A DNA stretch of 63,996 bases, filler included, from Octopus bimaculoides (Eukaryota): NCBI RefSeq assembly GCF_001194135.2. It is 10 parts of 9 records of this genome, joined end to end, with 100 filler letters (N's around TTAATTAATTAA, not from the genome) between each part and the next. Parts side by side here need not be neighbours in the genome. Positions count along the whole stretch, not along the records: positions 36,760 to 43,814 come from NC_068986.1; positions 43,915 to 45,407 come from NC_069010.1; positions 45,508 to 48,287 come from NC_069002.1; positions 48,388 to 56,551 come from NC_068982.1; 6 more parts are not named here. The stretch is one strand, 5' to 3'. Each line of letters starts with the position of its first letter. The first letter of the stretch is position 1. Below, one piece after another: positions 37,606 to 48,693 of the stretch. Both the position numbers and the translations under genes were made by a program. The notes beneath the pieces are model-generated. The model worked only from the letters and a program-made list of their open reading frames with translations. It ran no database searches and was not told where the DNA came from.

Positions 37606-39599
37606 TTATAATATGTCTATTCTACTGTAATTCTCTACATTTCTGTGCATCTGAAGATTGCTCTACATATTGCATTTAATGTAATGTTCGCATTNNNNNN
37701 NNNNNNNNNNNNNNNNNNNNNNNNNNNNNNNNNNNNNNNNNNNNNNNNNNNNNNNNNNNNNNNNNNNNNNNNNNNNNNNNNNNNNNNNNNNNNNNNNNNN
37801 NNNNNNNNNNNNNNNNNNNNNNNNNNNNNNNNNNNNNNNNNNNNNNNNNNNNNNNNNNNNNNNNNNNNNNNNNNNNNNNNNNNNNNNNNNNNNNNNNNNN
37901 NNNNNNNNNNNNNNNNNNNNNNNNNNNNNNNNNNNNNNNNNNNNNNNNNNNNNNNNNNNNNNNNNNNNNNNNNNNNNNNNNNNNNNNNNNNNNNNNNNNN
38001 NNNNNNNNNNNNNNNNNNNNNNNNNNNNNNNNNNNNNNNNNNNNNNNNNNNNNNNNNNNNNNNNNNNNNNNNNNNNNNNNNNNNNNNNNNNNNNNNNNNN
38101 NNNNNNNNNNNNNNNNNNNNNNNNNNNNNNNNNNNNNNNNNNNNNNNNNNNNNNNNNNNNNNNNNNNNNNNNNNNNNNNNNNNNNNNNNNNNNNNNNNNN
38201 NNNNNNNNNNNNNNNNNNNNNNNNNNNNNNNNNNNNNNNNNNNNNNNNNNNNNNNNNNNNNNNNNNNNNNNNNNNNNNNNNNNNNNNNNNNNNNNNNNNN
38301 NNNNNNNNNNNNNNNNNNNNNNNNNNNNNNNNNNNNNNNNNNNNNNNNNNNNNNNNNNNNNNNNNNNNNNNNNNNNNNNNNNNNNNNNNNNNNNNNNNNN
38401 NNNNNNNNNNNNNNNNNNNNNNNNNNNNNNNNNNNNNNNNNNNNNNNNNNNNNNNNNNNNNNNNNNNNNNNNNNNNNNNNNNNNNNNNNNNNNNNNNNNN
38501 NNNNNNNNNNNNNNNNNNNNNNNNNNNNNNNNNNNNNNNNNNNNNNNNNNNNNNNNNNNNNNNNNNNNNNNNNNNNNNNNNNNNNNNNNNNNNNNNNNNN
38601 NNNNNNNNNNNNNNNNNNNNNNNNNNNNNNNNNNNNNNNNNNNNNNNNNNNNNNNNNNNNAATAAGTGCTCCGCCCTCCCATTGCAGAGATAGGCGGAGT
38701 AAGTTGTTGAATTAAAATCAAGTTAGGTTGGTTTCAGCTATTATCGACCCAGGCCATGACTAACATAATAGCACCACCTGGAGAGGTCTTTTAAGTAATG
38801 TTTGAGACACCATTAACCACTCGAGCAAAGAGTTGCTGTTGGCTGAGACGTATCTTTGGTTGTTTATGAAGGTTCTCATACAGCCCTTCAGATGTTGTTA
38901 ATGCCTTCGAGTGAGGGTGCTGCTGAAGGTGGTATTTTTGGAGATGGATCTTTTCGTCTACTTTTTTTTATTCTCCTGGTAATTGCGTTTTTCTCTTTTG
39001 GAATCTTGCATTTACTCTTATTCACGAGTCGTATTATACTGTCTCCTCTTTTCTCTTTAAAGTATAATAAATATGTATTCTACAAAAGTATCGAATAATT
39101 CTTCAGTTTAGCGTTAAATTGCTTTTATTATAACACAACATAAAAACCTATGATATATATTATCGGCTACACATAGTCGATTTATGTGCCCATTCTTGTT
39201 TGCCGGTAGGGTGCGGGAAAGCACGGTGAGGATGACACTCCCAAAGCACCGGTGAACAAGCAAAGCACATACATTGAATATGTGTAGTCGATAATGTTTA
39301 CAGTACTAGCGCTGCTTGTATTTCATATTTGAATAAGTATATATATATATATATNNNNNNNNNNNNNNNNNNNNNNNNNNNNNNNNNNNNNNNNNNNNNN
39401 NNNNNNNNNNNNNNNNNNNNNNNNNNNNNNNNNNNNNNNNNNNNNNNNNNNNNNNNNNNNNNNNNNNNNNNNNNNNNNNNNNNNNNNNNNNNNNNNNNNN
39501 NNNNNNNNNNNNNNNNNNNNNNNNNNNNNNNNNNNNNNNNNNNNNNNNNNNNNNNNNTATATATAGGGTATGGAGGTGGAGGTGTGCATGTAAGCATGT

Positions 39600-41290
39600 A
39601 TAACAAATGAATGAGAGTATTTCTTATATGGACGACCTTAAGTTTTATGCTGCAGATGACAAGAAAATACAATAACGGCTGTAGAGGGTAAACTAATTTA
39701 ATTTATATTAGGTTCGAAGCAGGAAAATGTGCCAGACACGTTTGAAGAAAAAAATATTATTTAGAATATTAGTGTCATTGTAGACAGACAAACATATAGG
39801 AGAATTACACCAAACACAGGCATTCAAATATTTGGAAATCAATGGGAAACATACAGCTCACATATATGAACAGTTAGGAAAGAATCTTATAGACTGATAT
39901 GCATTAGGGTGATACTTATTTCGGAATCGTATTTCTTTAGTAAGTGGTTTGATATGAGACTGTCAATGCAGCTTCTTGGTCTTAAGTTGAATGTACCCAA
40001 TGTCAGTGACCAGGTTTCAGTTGTATGTAAAACATAATTTGATATCTCAAAATAAATAATTATTTAAATTAATCTCTGTGTGTCATTAAATGTTTAATAT
40101 GACTCTTCTACGTGTAATTTCTTAAATACTTCAAACAGAACTAAATGTAAAAGTAGAAGCTATAAGCATCAATTTTCTAAATGTTTCGGGAATAATAGTT
40201 ATAATATTCCAAATTAGACGCTAAATTAAGTAGCAAGACTAGACAGATCACAAGAAAAATAATGACTGCATTAGAAGTGTGCCATTTGATATAGAAAGAT
40301 AATATTTATCAAAGAATGTGATTTAGTGTTATGCAACTAGAAAGCTTTTAAAGAATTGCTGTAGGATTAAAAATATAAAGTAAAGAATAAGGGAAAACTA
40401 ATACAGTTACAAACCACGATAAAAAAAAATCTGCATTTCTACTACAAGAAGCGAACAATACAAAGCAAAGCTGAAATTATACGCAGCTCTGAGGAAAAAC
40501 AAAAAAGATACAGGAAATGTTAAAAAGCTAAAATCTTAATCAAATATGTGGCTACAAAATGCCATGCTGAAAGGATGACAAACAATTCTCTTACACGGTC
40601 AGTATCTGAGAGACCGAAGAGGATGCAAACAACGAAAAAGTTTATAATTCGCTGAGAAAGGTGAACTCATTGCAGGAGAACATTAAAGCCTTTTCATCAA
40701 TACCATAATAATCATGTTATATAGAAGAATACATTAAATAATAATCGACTATACGAAGGTTGGAAAGAATCAATTATAAACATAGTCTCCCGCTGCCCAA
40801 TCGTAGTAACAGAAGAATACACTGCAGGCATGATACAGTTAAGTCTTTTATACACTGGAAGTTAAAGTATCAATATAAAATGCTAATAAGAAAGAACAGG
40901 TATAAATCTATAACAGAAGCGGTCTCAGAGGATTACGAAACAATCACACAGAGATACGCCAAATCATACAGAGAGAAAGATCAAAGTTAATCTACCGGAT
41001 ATTGTTGTCAAGGACCACTGGAAATGAAAGTGCATCATAGTCTTTATATCAGTTCCATCAGACGTGTGTATATTTCTAAAGGAAATGAATTAATTAGCCA
41101 AAATATAAAGGTTTCGACATAAAAGTAAACAGAAAATAGAAGCAATAATTGATGCCTTAGAAATGGTTAAGAAACCCTGCTTGGAGACACATAACTCAAA
41201 TTCAAGGACTTAAAACTATATATAATATACACAAGTTAACATAACTTGATACTGTGCACATATTATGTAAAGTACCATCAGTGCAATTGA
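39600..41290 (+). mobile_element. Old, heavily decayed R4-type element
   Basis: FLYMDDLKFYAAD at ~39620; later LIA.GEH, HIVS..P...RHD, LPDIVVKDH..KCII, LAKYK, AHIL motifs in collinear order. Confidence 0.6.
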
Positions 41291-41319
41291 AGAGGTTAAG
41301 CAAAATGCTCCACATATTC

Positions 41320-41656
41320 ACGCATGAAATGACAGCGCCTACTGATAGAAATATCTCAGCAAAGGAATTTGGAAAACTATCAAAATATAAGGACTTTGAG
41401 ACTGAAATATCTAGGACGTGGCAATTAAAAACCAAAATCATCGCTGTTGTTGTAGGTGTCCTGGGAATGATCAAGAAAGATAATGACAAATTTTGGGACC
41501 AGATCCCTGGGAAACTAACAATCTATGAGACTCAAAAAATTGTGTTGACTTCACCCGCTCACATTCTCAGGAAGTTTCTCTCCATCTAATATATACGTGC
41601 CTTAGTTCTCTGGTTAAGACTCGGTTGGAAGATGTGATAAAATGCAAATCAATCGG
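41320..41656 (+). mobile_element. R4-type element 3' end (second subfamily) with 3' UTR abutting (TAA)n
   Basis: APTDRNISAKEFGKLSKYKDFETEISRTWQLKT..VVGVLGMI...QKIVL..AHILRKFLSI*, then ~70 nt UTR and (TAA)n. Confidence 0.8.
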
Positions 41657-41721
<65 letters not shown>

Positions 41722-41769
41722 AAGAAGAAGAAGAAGAAGAAGAAGAAGAAGAAGAAGAAGAAGAAGAAG

Positions 41770-41823
<54 letters not shown>

Positions 41824-41828
41824 AATAA
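41657..41828. repeat. Compound trinucleotide repeat (TAA)n-(GAA)n-(CAA)n-(TAA)n
   Basis: Directly visible pure blocks. Confidence 0.97.
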
Positions 41829-42659
41829 GAGAGAACAACGGGGACGTTTAACAAGTGAGAGCAATAAAACGGCTTCGAAATCTATCCAAAAACATAGGGA
41901 ATTAAGACAACAAATGAAGCTTAAAATGACAGACAAAGTCTTGGACTATATCCGAGTAAGTAATACTCATTAAAATTAATTTCTGTTTTCCGAATGAAAC
42001 AAAGTATTTTAACCGTGTCATCTCCGTCACCCGTACAAAACGTGTAAACACACTCGCCACACTACGATCCAATCAACATCAGACCGTCTCCGTCCCCAAC
42101 CACCATGCGCAAAAGAATGAAAGATAAATTAAATCTTACCCATATTATTCAACCTAAGGTTAACGAACGGGAAGTACGTGCTTTAAACTTGTTACACAAA
42201 ATGTACGAAAAACTACACGTGCAAAACCATTTAACACCAGAAATGAAAGGAGCTGTACCCTACGAAAATGATGACCATCAACATAAAGGACCGGGCGTTA
42301 TTCCTCATATCCTGTAAATAAAATTTAAAAAAGCATAAATAGACACGTGAAGAATATATTTCAATCCTACATGATTATTTTACAGTAGTGCTCTCCCACA
42401 GAACGAAAAGACAGCATATACATATAAAATCTGGAAGAAAAATAACCTAGATAAAGACTTGGATACAGTAATGAATCCTAATAAATTAGTTAACAAACGG
42501 AGATATATTCTCAAAACCCCAAAAAAATTTATCAGAAATAGAAATAGAACACTTAAAAGGAAAAATACATCAGGAAAACGTAGATAGTAATCACACAGCA
42601 ATGCCAAATAATTTCACAAGCACTGGGACTGTAAAGCACGAAAATTGACGTAATATGTC

Positions 42660-43505
42660 CAACAAAAACGAAGTAACGAAAGACAACAAACTCATACCGT
42701 AGGAAAGCCCCTTCATGGCAAATGCTGGGTTAAAATAAACAGAAAAGGAATAGATAAAGCAAAATCCCAACAATGGCTGAGAAACTCAGGACTCAAATCA
42801 GCGATTGAGGAATTTTTAACTGCAGCACAAGACCAAAGCCTCTCCACCCAAAATCATCAAAACCATGTAATGAAAAGAAATACAAGTAACTGCAAACTAT
42901 GTGGAGATGGACAAGAAACAATAAATCATATTGTCTCTGGCTGCCCAGTCCTGGCTAAGAAGGAATATATTCACAGACACGACGGATTTGGGTTCTATAT
43001 ACTCTGGAAGCTATGCCAACACTATGGAATAACAACAGAAAAAAGGTGGTGTAGATACACGCCAGAAAAGGTCACAGAAAATGAGAAAACAACCATACTC
43101 TGGGATATGCCAATACACATAGATAGAGAAATTAAGGCCAATAGGCCGGATATCGTTGTCAGAGATCAAGAAAATATGCTTTCTAATCGATATATCAATA
43201 CCAGCAAACGACATTTTTTTTTTTTAAGAAATGGAGAAATTTTCAAAATATAAAAACCTGGAAATAGAGGTAACTCGAATGTGGAATCTAAAAACAGAAA
43301 CAATTTCTATCATAGTCGTTACATTAGGTATGGTAAAAACATATTCAGACAAACACATAACGAAAACACCAGGACTAACAAGTATATATAACATAAAGAA
43401 AATAGCACTACTAGGCACCGCACAGGTCCTACGTAAAACCCTTTCAATACAGTAAAAATAAGAACATCGCAACAAACCACAGCACATATCCAAGGCACAC
43501 AGAGC

Positions 43506-43506
<1 letters not shown>
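42660..43506 (+). mobile_element. R4-type element 3' part, same subfamily as 30761-33232
   Basis: High nucleotide similarity to 32380-33186 (e.g. gatggacaagaaacaataaa..attgtctctggctgcccagtcctggctaagaaggaatatattcacagacacgac); CKLCGDGQETINHIVSGC knuckle intact. Confidence 0.9.

Positions 43507-43560
<54 letters not shown>
43507..43560. repeat. (TAA)n tract between two R4-type segments
   Basis: Directly visible. Confidence 0.95.
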
Positions 43561-43814
43561 GGTGTTAGCCATAAATTCCTTAGCTGTCCCAGTCCCAGTT
43601 GTTCTTTATAGCTTCAATGTGCTTAACTGGAATACCAGTGAAATAGTCAAAATTGATAGAAAAATCCGCAAGCTACTGACTTGTAATAAGATGCACCATC
43701 CAAAGGCAGACGTGGATCGTCTTTAACTTCCCAGAGCTCAGGGAGGTCGAGGCTTGATCCAGCTTGAACTTACGTACAAAACCACCACAATCGGACTGGC
43801 CAAATACCTTGAAA
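43561..43814 (+). mobile_element. R4-type element internal fragment (post-RT), cut by the spacer
   Basis: VLAINSLAVP..VLYSFNVLNWNTSEIVKIDRKIRKLLTCNKMHHPKADVDRL*LPRAQGGRGLIQLELTYKTTTIGLAKYLE. Confidence 0.88.
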
Positions 43815-43914
43815 NNNNNNNNNNNNNNNNNNNNNNNNNNNNNNNNNNNNNNNNNNNNTTAATTAATTAANNNNNNNNNNNNNNNNNNNNNNNNNNNNNN
43901 NNNNNNNNNNNNNN
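43815..43914. other. Artificial scaffolding spacer N44-TTAATTAATTAA-N44
   Basis: 100 bp; linker at 43859-43870. Confidence 0.95.
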
Positions 43915-44095
43915 AAACACAGACACACACATACATATATATATATGCATATATACGACGGGCTTCTTTCCATTTCCGTCTACCAAATCCACTCACAAGG
44001 TTTTGGTCGGCCCGAGGCTATATAGTAGAAGACACTTGCCCAAGGTGCCACTCAGTGGGACTGAACCCGGAACCATGTGGTTGGTAAGCAAGCTA
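43915..44095 (-). mobile_element. SINE family B, 5' half plus short internal microsatellite
   Basis: Reverse complement of 18850-19003 (cgacgggcttcttt..ttccgtctaccaaatccactcacaagg...gggactgaacccggaaccatgtggttggtaagcaagcta). Confidence 0.88.
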
Positions 44096-44415
44096 TACCA
44101 TATTTCAAGAGCTTTTGCTTTTTCATCAGCATCCGTCCAACTCATTAACCATCCACAAATTCATTACCACTAAATATAGCAGGGTAATGTTATTGGATAT
44201 ATCAATTTTACACATTAAACATTCCTGAAAGCTGGTACATAAATACTTGTAGGGACACCGTATTTCATTATGCAACCATGATATACTACATAGTATATTA
44301 AATGCTTTTATAAGTCAATGAGGTGTTCTACTGACCTGGGGTTATATAATAACAACAAAAACAAAGAAAATTACTATTTTTAAATCTCACAATGTGAGAT
44401 ATTCAGGAACAGTAC

Positions 44416-44744
44416 TTTGTAGTAAAGATTATTTGCCAACATAACCTGGCAGTCCTGGTTTAAGACTAATGTTGCTGTAATTTAGCCCCTGGAGGCATTG
44501 CTTCCAGCTGGCTATATGATACTTGCCCAAGGTGCCATGCAGTGGGACTGAACCTGGAACCATGTGGTTGGTAAGCAAGCTATACCATATTTCATGAGTT
44601 TTTGGTGTAATTTAGCCCCTGGAGACATTGCTTCCAGCTGGCTTTATGACACTTGCCCACGATGTCTCCTGGGACTAAATTACAGCAACATTTGGCCTAA
44701 ACCAGGACTGCCGTGTTATGTTGGCAAACAATCTTTACTACAAA
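44416..44744. repeat. Fold-back/MITE-like element with ~83-bp inverted arms and an internal templated duplication
   Basis: 44416-44498 (tttgtagtaaagattatttgccaacataacctggcagtcctggtttaagactaatgttgctgtaatttag...) is the near reverse complement of 44661-44744. Confidence 0.9.
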
Positions 44745-44783
44745 AACAAAGAAATATATTGAAAAATTCATCGTTAATCTTAC

Positions 44784-45102
44784 CACAAACATTTGCTCTG
44801 GAATCTTTAAACTTCCAACCGAAACAACCGTTTTCAGTTCCAGCCAACAACCAGCTTGTGGCTTCACTATACACCATGTTGACGACATTCGCTGGACTTT
44901 CTAGGACTATTAACTGGACATGTTTGGTGAAGTAATCCGGAAAACTGGGAACACCAATGTCCCACAAAATGATTCGACAGTCATCAGAACCACTGAACAG
45001 CCATGTTGCTCGTGACGGATGAAAGAGTAGACAGGTGATGCACTTCTTATGGCCTGTGATATTAGCATAAATAACCAGCTGAGATGGATGCAGTAGTTTG
45101 AT
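44784..45102 (-). CDS. LRWD1: Internal coding exon of a WD40 protein, likely LRWD1/ORCA ortholog
   Basis: IKLLHPSQLVIYANITGHKKCITCLLFHPSRATWLFSGSDDCRIILWDIGVPS.PDY...LLAGTENGCFGW resembles, from memory, the LRWD1 segment HKKAIATLCFSP..ETHLF..SYDKRIILWDIGVPNQDY..LLAGCEGGCCCW. Acceptor ttcaacag at 45103-45104 (phase 0), donor G|GTAAGA at 44782-44783 (phase 1), 319 nt. WD40 call is strong; orthology needs a reciprocal search. Confidence 0.78.
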
Positions 45103-45169
45103 CTGTTGAAGATTAACAAAATACAACACAATTAGATATATATATATATATATATATAAACAATATATG

Positions 45170-45407
45170 AGTATAGGTACATCTCTATAAGATGTACCCG
45201 GTGCAAGCTATGGACACATAAGAGGTGCAGCAACATCAAAGGCAGGTTAACTAGCAAGTTAGTTTTTGTTTGTGGCAGATGTTCAGGTGCAATAAAGACT
45301 GTAAACAAACAGGAAACAACTTCTATCTCATTCCAGGGTGAAAAACTAGAGGTAGTCGATAGCTTCCGCTCTCTGGGTGACCAAGTTAGTAGTGGGGGTG
45401 GGTGCGC
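45170..45407 (+). mobile_element. RTE-clade ORF2 fragment containing a PHD-like Cys/His cluster
   Basis: RCTRCKLWTHKRCSNIKGRL....FVCGRC followed by KLEVVDSFRSLGDQVSSGGGC (RT thumb V..F.YLG motif). Confidence 0.75.
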
Positions 45408-45507
45408 NNNNNNNNNNNNNNNNNNNNNNNNNNNNNNNNNNNNNNNNNNNNTTAATTAATTAANNNNNNNNNNNNNNNNNNNNNNNNNNNNNNNNNNNNN
45501 NNNNNNN
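45408..45507. other. Artificial scaffolding spacer N44-TTAATTAATTAA-N44
   Basis: 100 bp; linker at 45452-45463. Confidence 0.95.
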
Positions 45508-45555
<48 letters not shown>

Positions 45556-47307
45556 CATATATATGTACGTATATGTATGTATATATATGTATTTATATGT
45601 TTATATACAAGCATATATATGTTTATATACGTGTATATACATATGTATATATATGTATATATATGTATATATCGAACATATTCTATCCATGTATACATCA
45701 TTCCTTATGCCTGTTATAGCAATGTAACTCTGGATGAAGTGCATCATATGGACTCATACCTTGTATGCTGCATCATGTGTATATTGCCTACTGGCGGTAG
45801 TACTGGGTATACGTTGCAATGAACCAAAAAATAATAACTCGAAAGGCTTGCGATAGTTTTTTTTAAAAAATATTTTGTGGCTTGCTGTATAGGGAATTGA
45901 CGGCTAAAACTGTTATATTCAATCATGAATTTTACGAATGGGTTTCACGAATGGCATGTTCCTAAATGTTTTGAAGGATTTGTGTTGAACTCGTCCTATA
46001 TTTCTGTTGTTTGTGTGTAGGGATTTAATGTAATTGTCAACTTTATTTTATATTCTCTGTTGTTACTCGTAAGAGACGTTGAATTTGATAGTTGCTGCAT
46101 TAAATCAGCGCTGTGAAGGCGAGTTCTTAAGTGAGTGAAGCTTGTTTGGAGTAATTATACAGCAATATTTGGAGAATGCGGCTTCATTGTTATGTCAGCT
46201 GCATATGAGAATGCATTTTACATTTTGTGAACATGTGTGGCATTTGTGCAGGTAAAGGTTAATTAAATACAGCAGCGAAGTATGTTGGTTACTCTGGCAA
46301 TTTCCATTCGGGAAATTGCAACTTCTGTGAATTCTGTCTTTGCATATGACATAGGCTTGGCAATCTGTGAGGTAATTTTCTACTTTACATCAACGATATT
46401 AGTGTTGTCTTATATAAATTTTAGCACAAATGGAGTTGAAATTCGCTGATATTAGGATGATACGTGCAAAAAGTCCTTCGTTTGTGAGAAGATAATATAT
46501 TTACATATATATGTAAAATTAAATAATGAGGGTAGAAATTGATATTTATAAATTAAAACAAGAGGCTTAGCATATTTAAAATATCGGAAGATTAAATGTT
46601 ATATTACATACAAAATTAAGAGGAATGACCACCAAAGTGGAATCCAAATATGTTAAATATAGACGTCAAATAGCCTGACCACGAAGAGTGTGTTCTCAAG
46701 ACAAATTTCAGCAAAACGCCAAAACGTCAAAATGAGCAATAAAAATAAAAATATACGAAATAAAAAACCATTTCCTACGTACCATGATTTCACTTGATAA
46801 TATTTACGAATGTAAATATTTGGAAACTCATCAGCGTAGTCTGTCGCTTACAAAACACAATTTCCAAAACTAGAAACAGAATGCTCACCCGAAAGAGAGC
46901 ATGTATAAAGTTCTGCAAATTATATTTGGGGGTATTTTACAAATGTCTTCATTTTGGCGCGTTGAGGCCGGAAATAACTCTGCAGTTAATAAATTTCTGC
47001 AGCTAATTTACCGGTTAGAGAACATTTTTATTTAAAAATTAAATAATGAGGGTAGAAATTGATATTAATAAATTGAAACAAGTGAACTTCAAGAGATGTC
47101 TTATTTATATACAGACATGAAAGATTTGTTGATGTATGCACGATATTTTGTATGTTGTGGATTGTGACGGTGAAATTGTTCAAAACTTGATACTTTTCGT
47201 TCGTTGATCTCATTCAATTGTCCTTTAATCTTTTACATAAAAGACATATAGCGTTCCTATTTGATGTTGAAGTGTGCTGTTATTGTCAACAGTGTGTGTG
47301 TAAGAGT

Positions 47308-47686
47308 GGAAGCGCAATGACCCAGTGGTTAGGTCAGCGGACTAGCGGTCATAGGGCCGCGGTTTCGATTCCCAGACCGGGCGTTGTGAGTGTTTATTGA
47401 GAGAAAACACCTACATCTCCACGAGGCGCCGGCAGGGGATGGTGGCGAACCCTGCTGTACTCTTTCACCACAACTTACTCTTACTTCCTGTTTCTGTTGT
47501 GCCTGTAATTCAAAGGGGCAGCCTTGTCACGCTGTGTCAGGCTGAATATCCCCGAGAACTACGTTAAGGATACACGTGTCTGTGGAGTGCTCAGCCACTT
47601 GCACGTTAATTTCACGAGCAGGCTGTTCCGTTCATCGGATCAACTGGAACCCTCAACGTCGCAAGCGACGGCGTGCCAACAACAAC
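47308..47686 (+). mobile_element. Full-length tRNA-derived SINE, family C, with (AAC)n tail
   Basis: A box tgacccagtgg, B box ggtttcgattcc (47361-47372); the 3' part recurs inverted at 50785-51035 and 62290-62380. Confidence 0.88.
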
Positions 47687-48287
47687 GTGTGTAAGATGAT
47701 CTGTTTCATAATTGAAGCTGGTCCATGGACGAAGAGAGGGCTAAGAGCAATATACATATAGGTTTTTTACCGAGGAACATTTAACATGTATGTATGACTA
47801 TGTGTGAAATATTATGGAAGTCAACGCAGTCTAGTTAGAAACTTACCGGTTGAGAGCATTGAAGATGCGAGAGTGATTTGCAATATAAGATAAGAAAAAG
47901 ATTGAAGAAAGCGTGCAAGGTTTGGAGAACGTATTGTGAGTTATCTATTTATAGTTAACAACAGTGGTACATGTCTGTATATACACAGTGATATACCATT
48001 AAATATACTTCCATTGAAAGATAAAACATAAAGACACAGAGAAAAAGCCATTCATAGACTGGGTAATTAAATATTGATTGATGCCTCCTCCCTCTCTCTC
48101 TGTCTCTATAAATTTACTCACACGTTTCCAACATACTCTGACATTAAAATACACTCACACACATACAGGCACAAACATATATGTATTTTTGTATGAACGC
48201 GCGCACACAGGCATATACACACATATGTATCTATGCATATATATATATTCATATATGCGTATATAGATATATATATATATATATATA

Positions 48288-48387
48288 NNNNNNNNNNNNN
48301 NNNNNNNNNNNNNNNNNNNNNNNNNNNNNNNTTAATTAATTAANNNNNNNNNNNNNNNNNNNNNNNNNNNNNNNNNNNNNNNNNNNN
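48288..48387. other. Artificial scaffolding spacer N44-TTAATTAATTAA-N44
   Basis: 100 bp; linker at 48332-48343. Confidence 0.95.
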
Positions 48388-48409
48388 TATATATATATAT
48401 ATATATATT

Positions 48410-48540
48410 GCTCAAATTTACAGAAAACAGAAGACGAAGACAGGTGAAAGAACAACAAGCAGGTGTATTAGGTTAACGCTCAAGAAGAATAGAAAAGTCT
48501 TTGACGTTTCGAGCCAACGTTGTTCGACTGAAAGGATTCA
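48410..48540 (-). repeat. Short repeat family with degenerate hammerhead-like motif (copy 1 of 3)
   Basis: gacgaagacagg...ttaacgctc...aaagtctttgacgtttcgagc matches 62420-62540 and, inverted, 52121-52228. Confidence 0.7.
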
Positions 48541-48693
48541 GAAAGTTCAGATGTTGTGGTAGATTAGTGCGATATACATCAAGGAAAGTAGTCAGTAAGA
48601 TCCATAGAGGCAGAATCCGAAAGAGTACGAAGATCCAAGGTTAATCCGGCTGGAGTGCAGGTTACATAGATGATACATACATATGTATTTATA

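Noticed and set aside
45740-45860. Possible upstream LRWD1 exon ending at AAG|GTATGA
   Set aside because: No frame resembles the expected LAAAG.RG segment, and a spacer separates it from the exon.
47308-47380. tRNA genes at SINE heads (also 18850, 10385, 51612-51672)
   Set aside because: A and B boxes are present but no complete cloverleaf, and each continues into a multi-copy SINE body.
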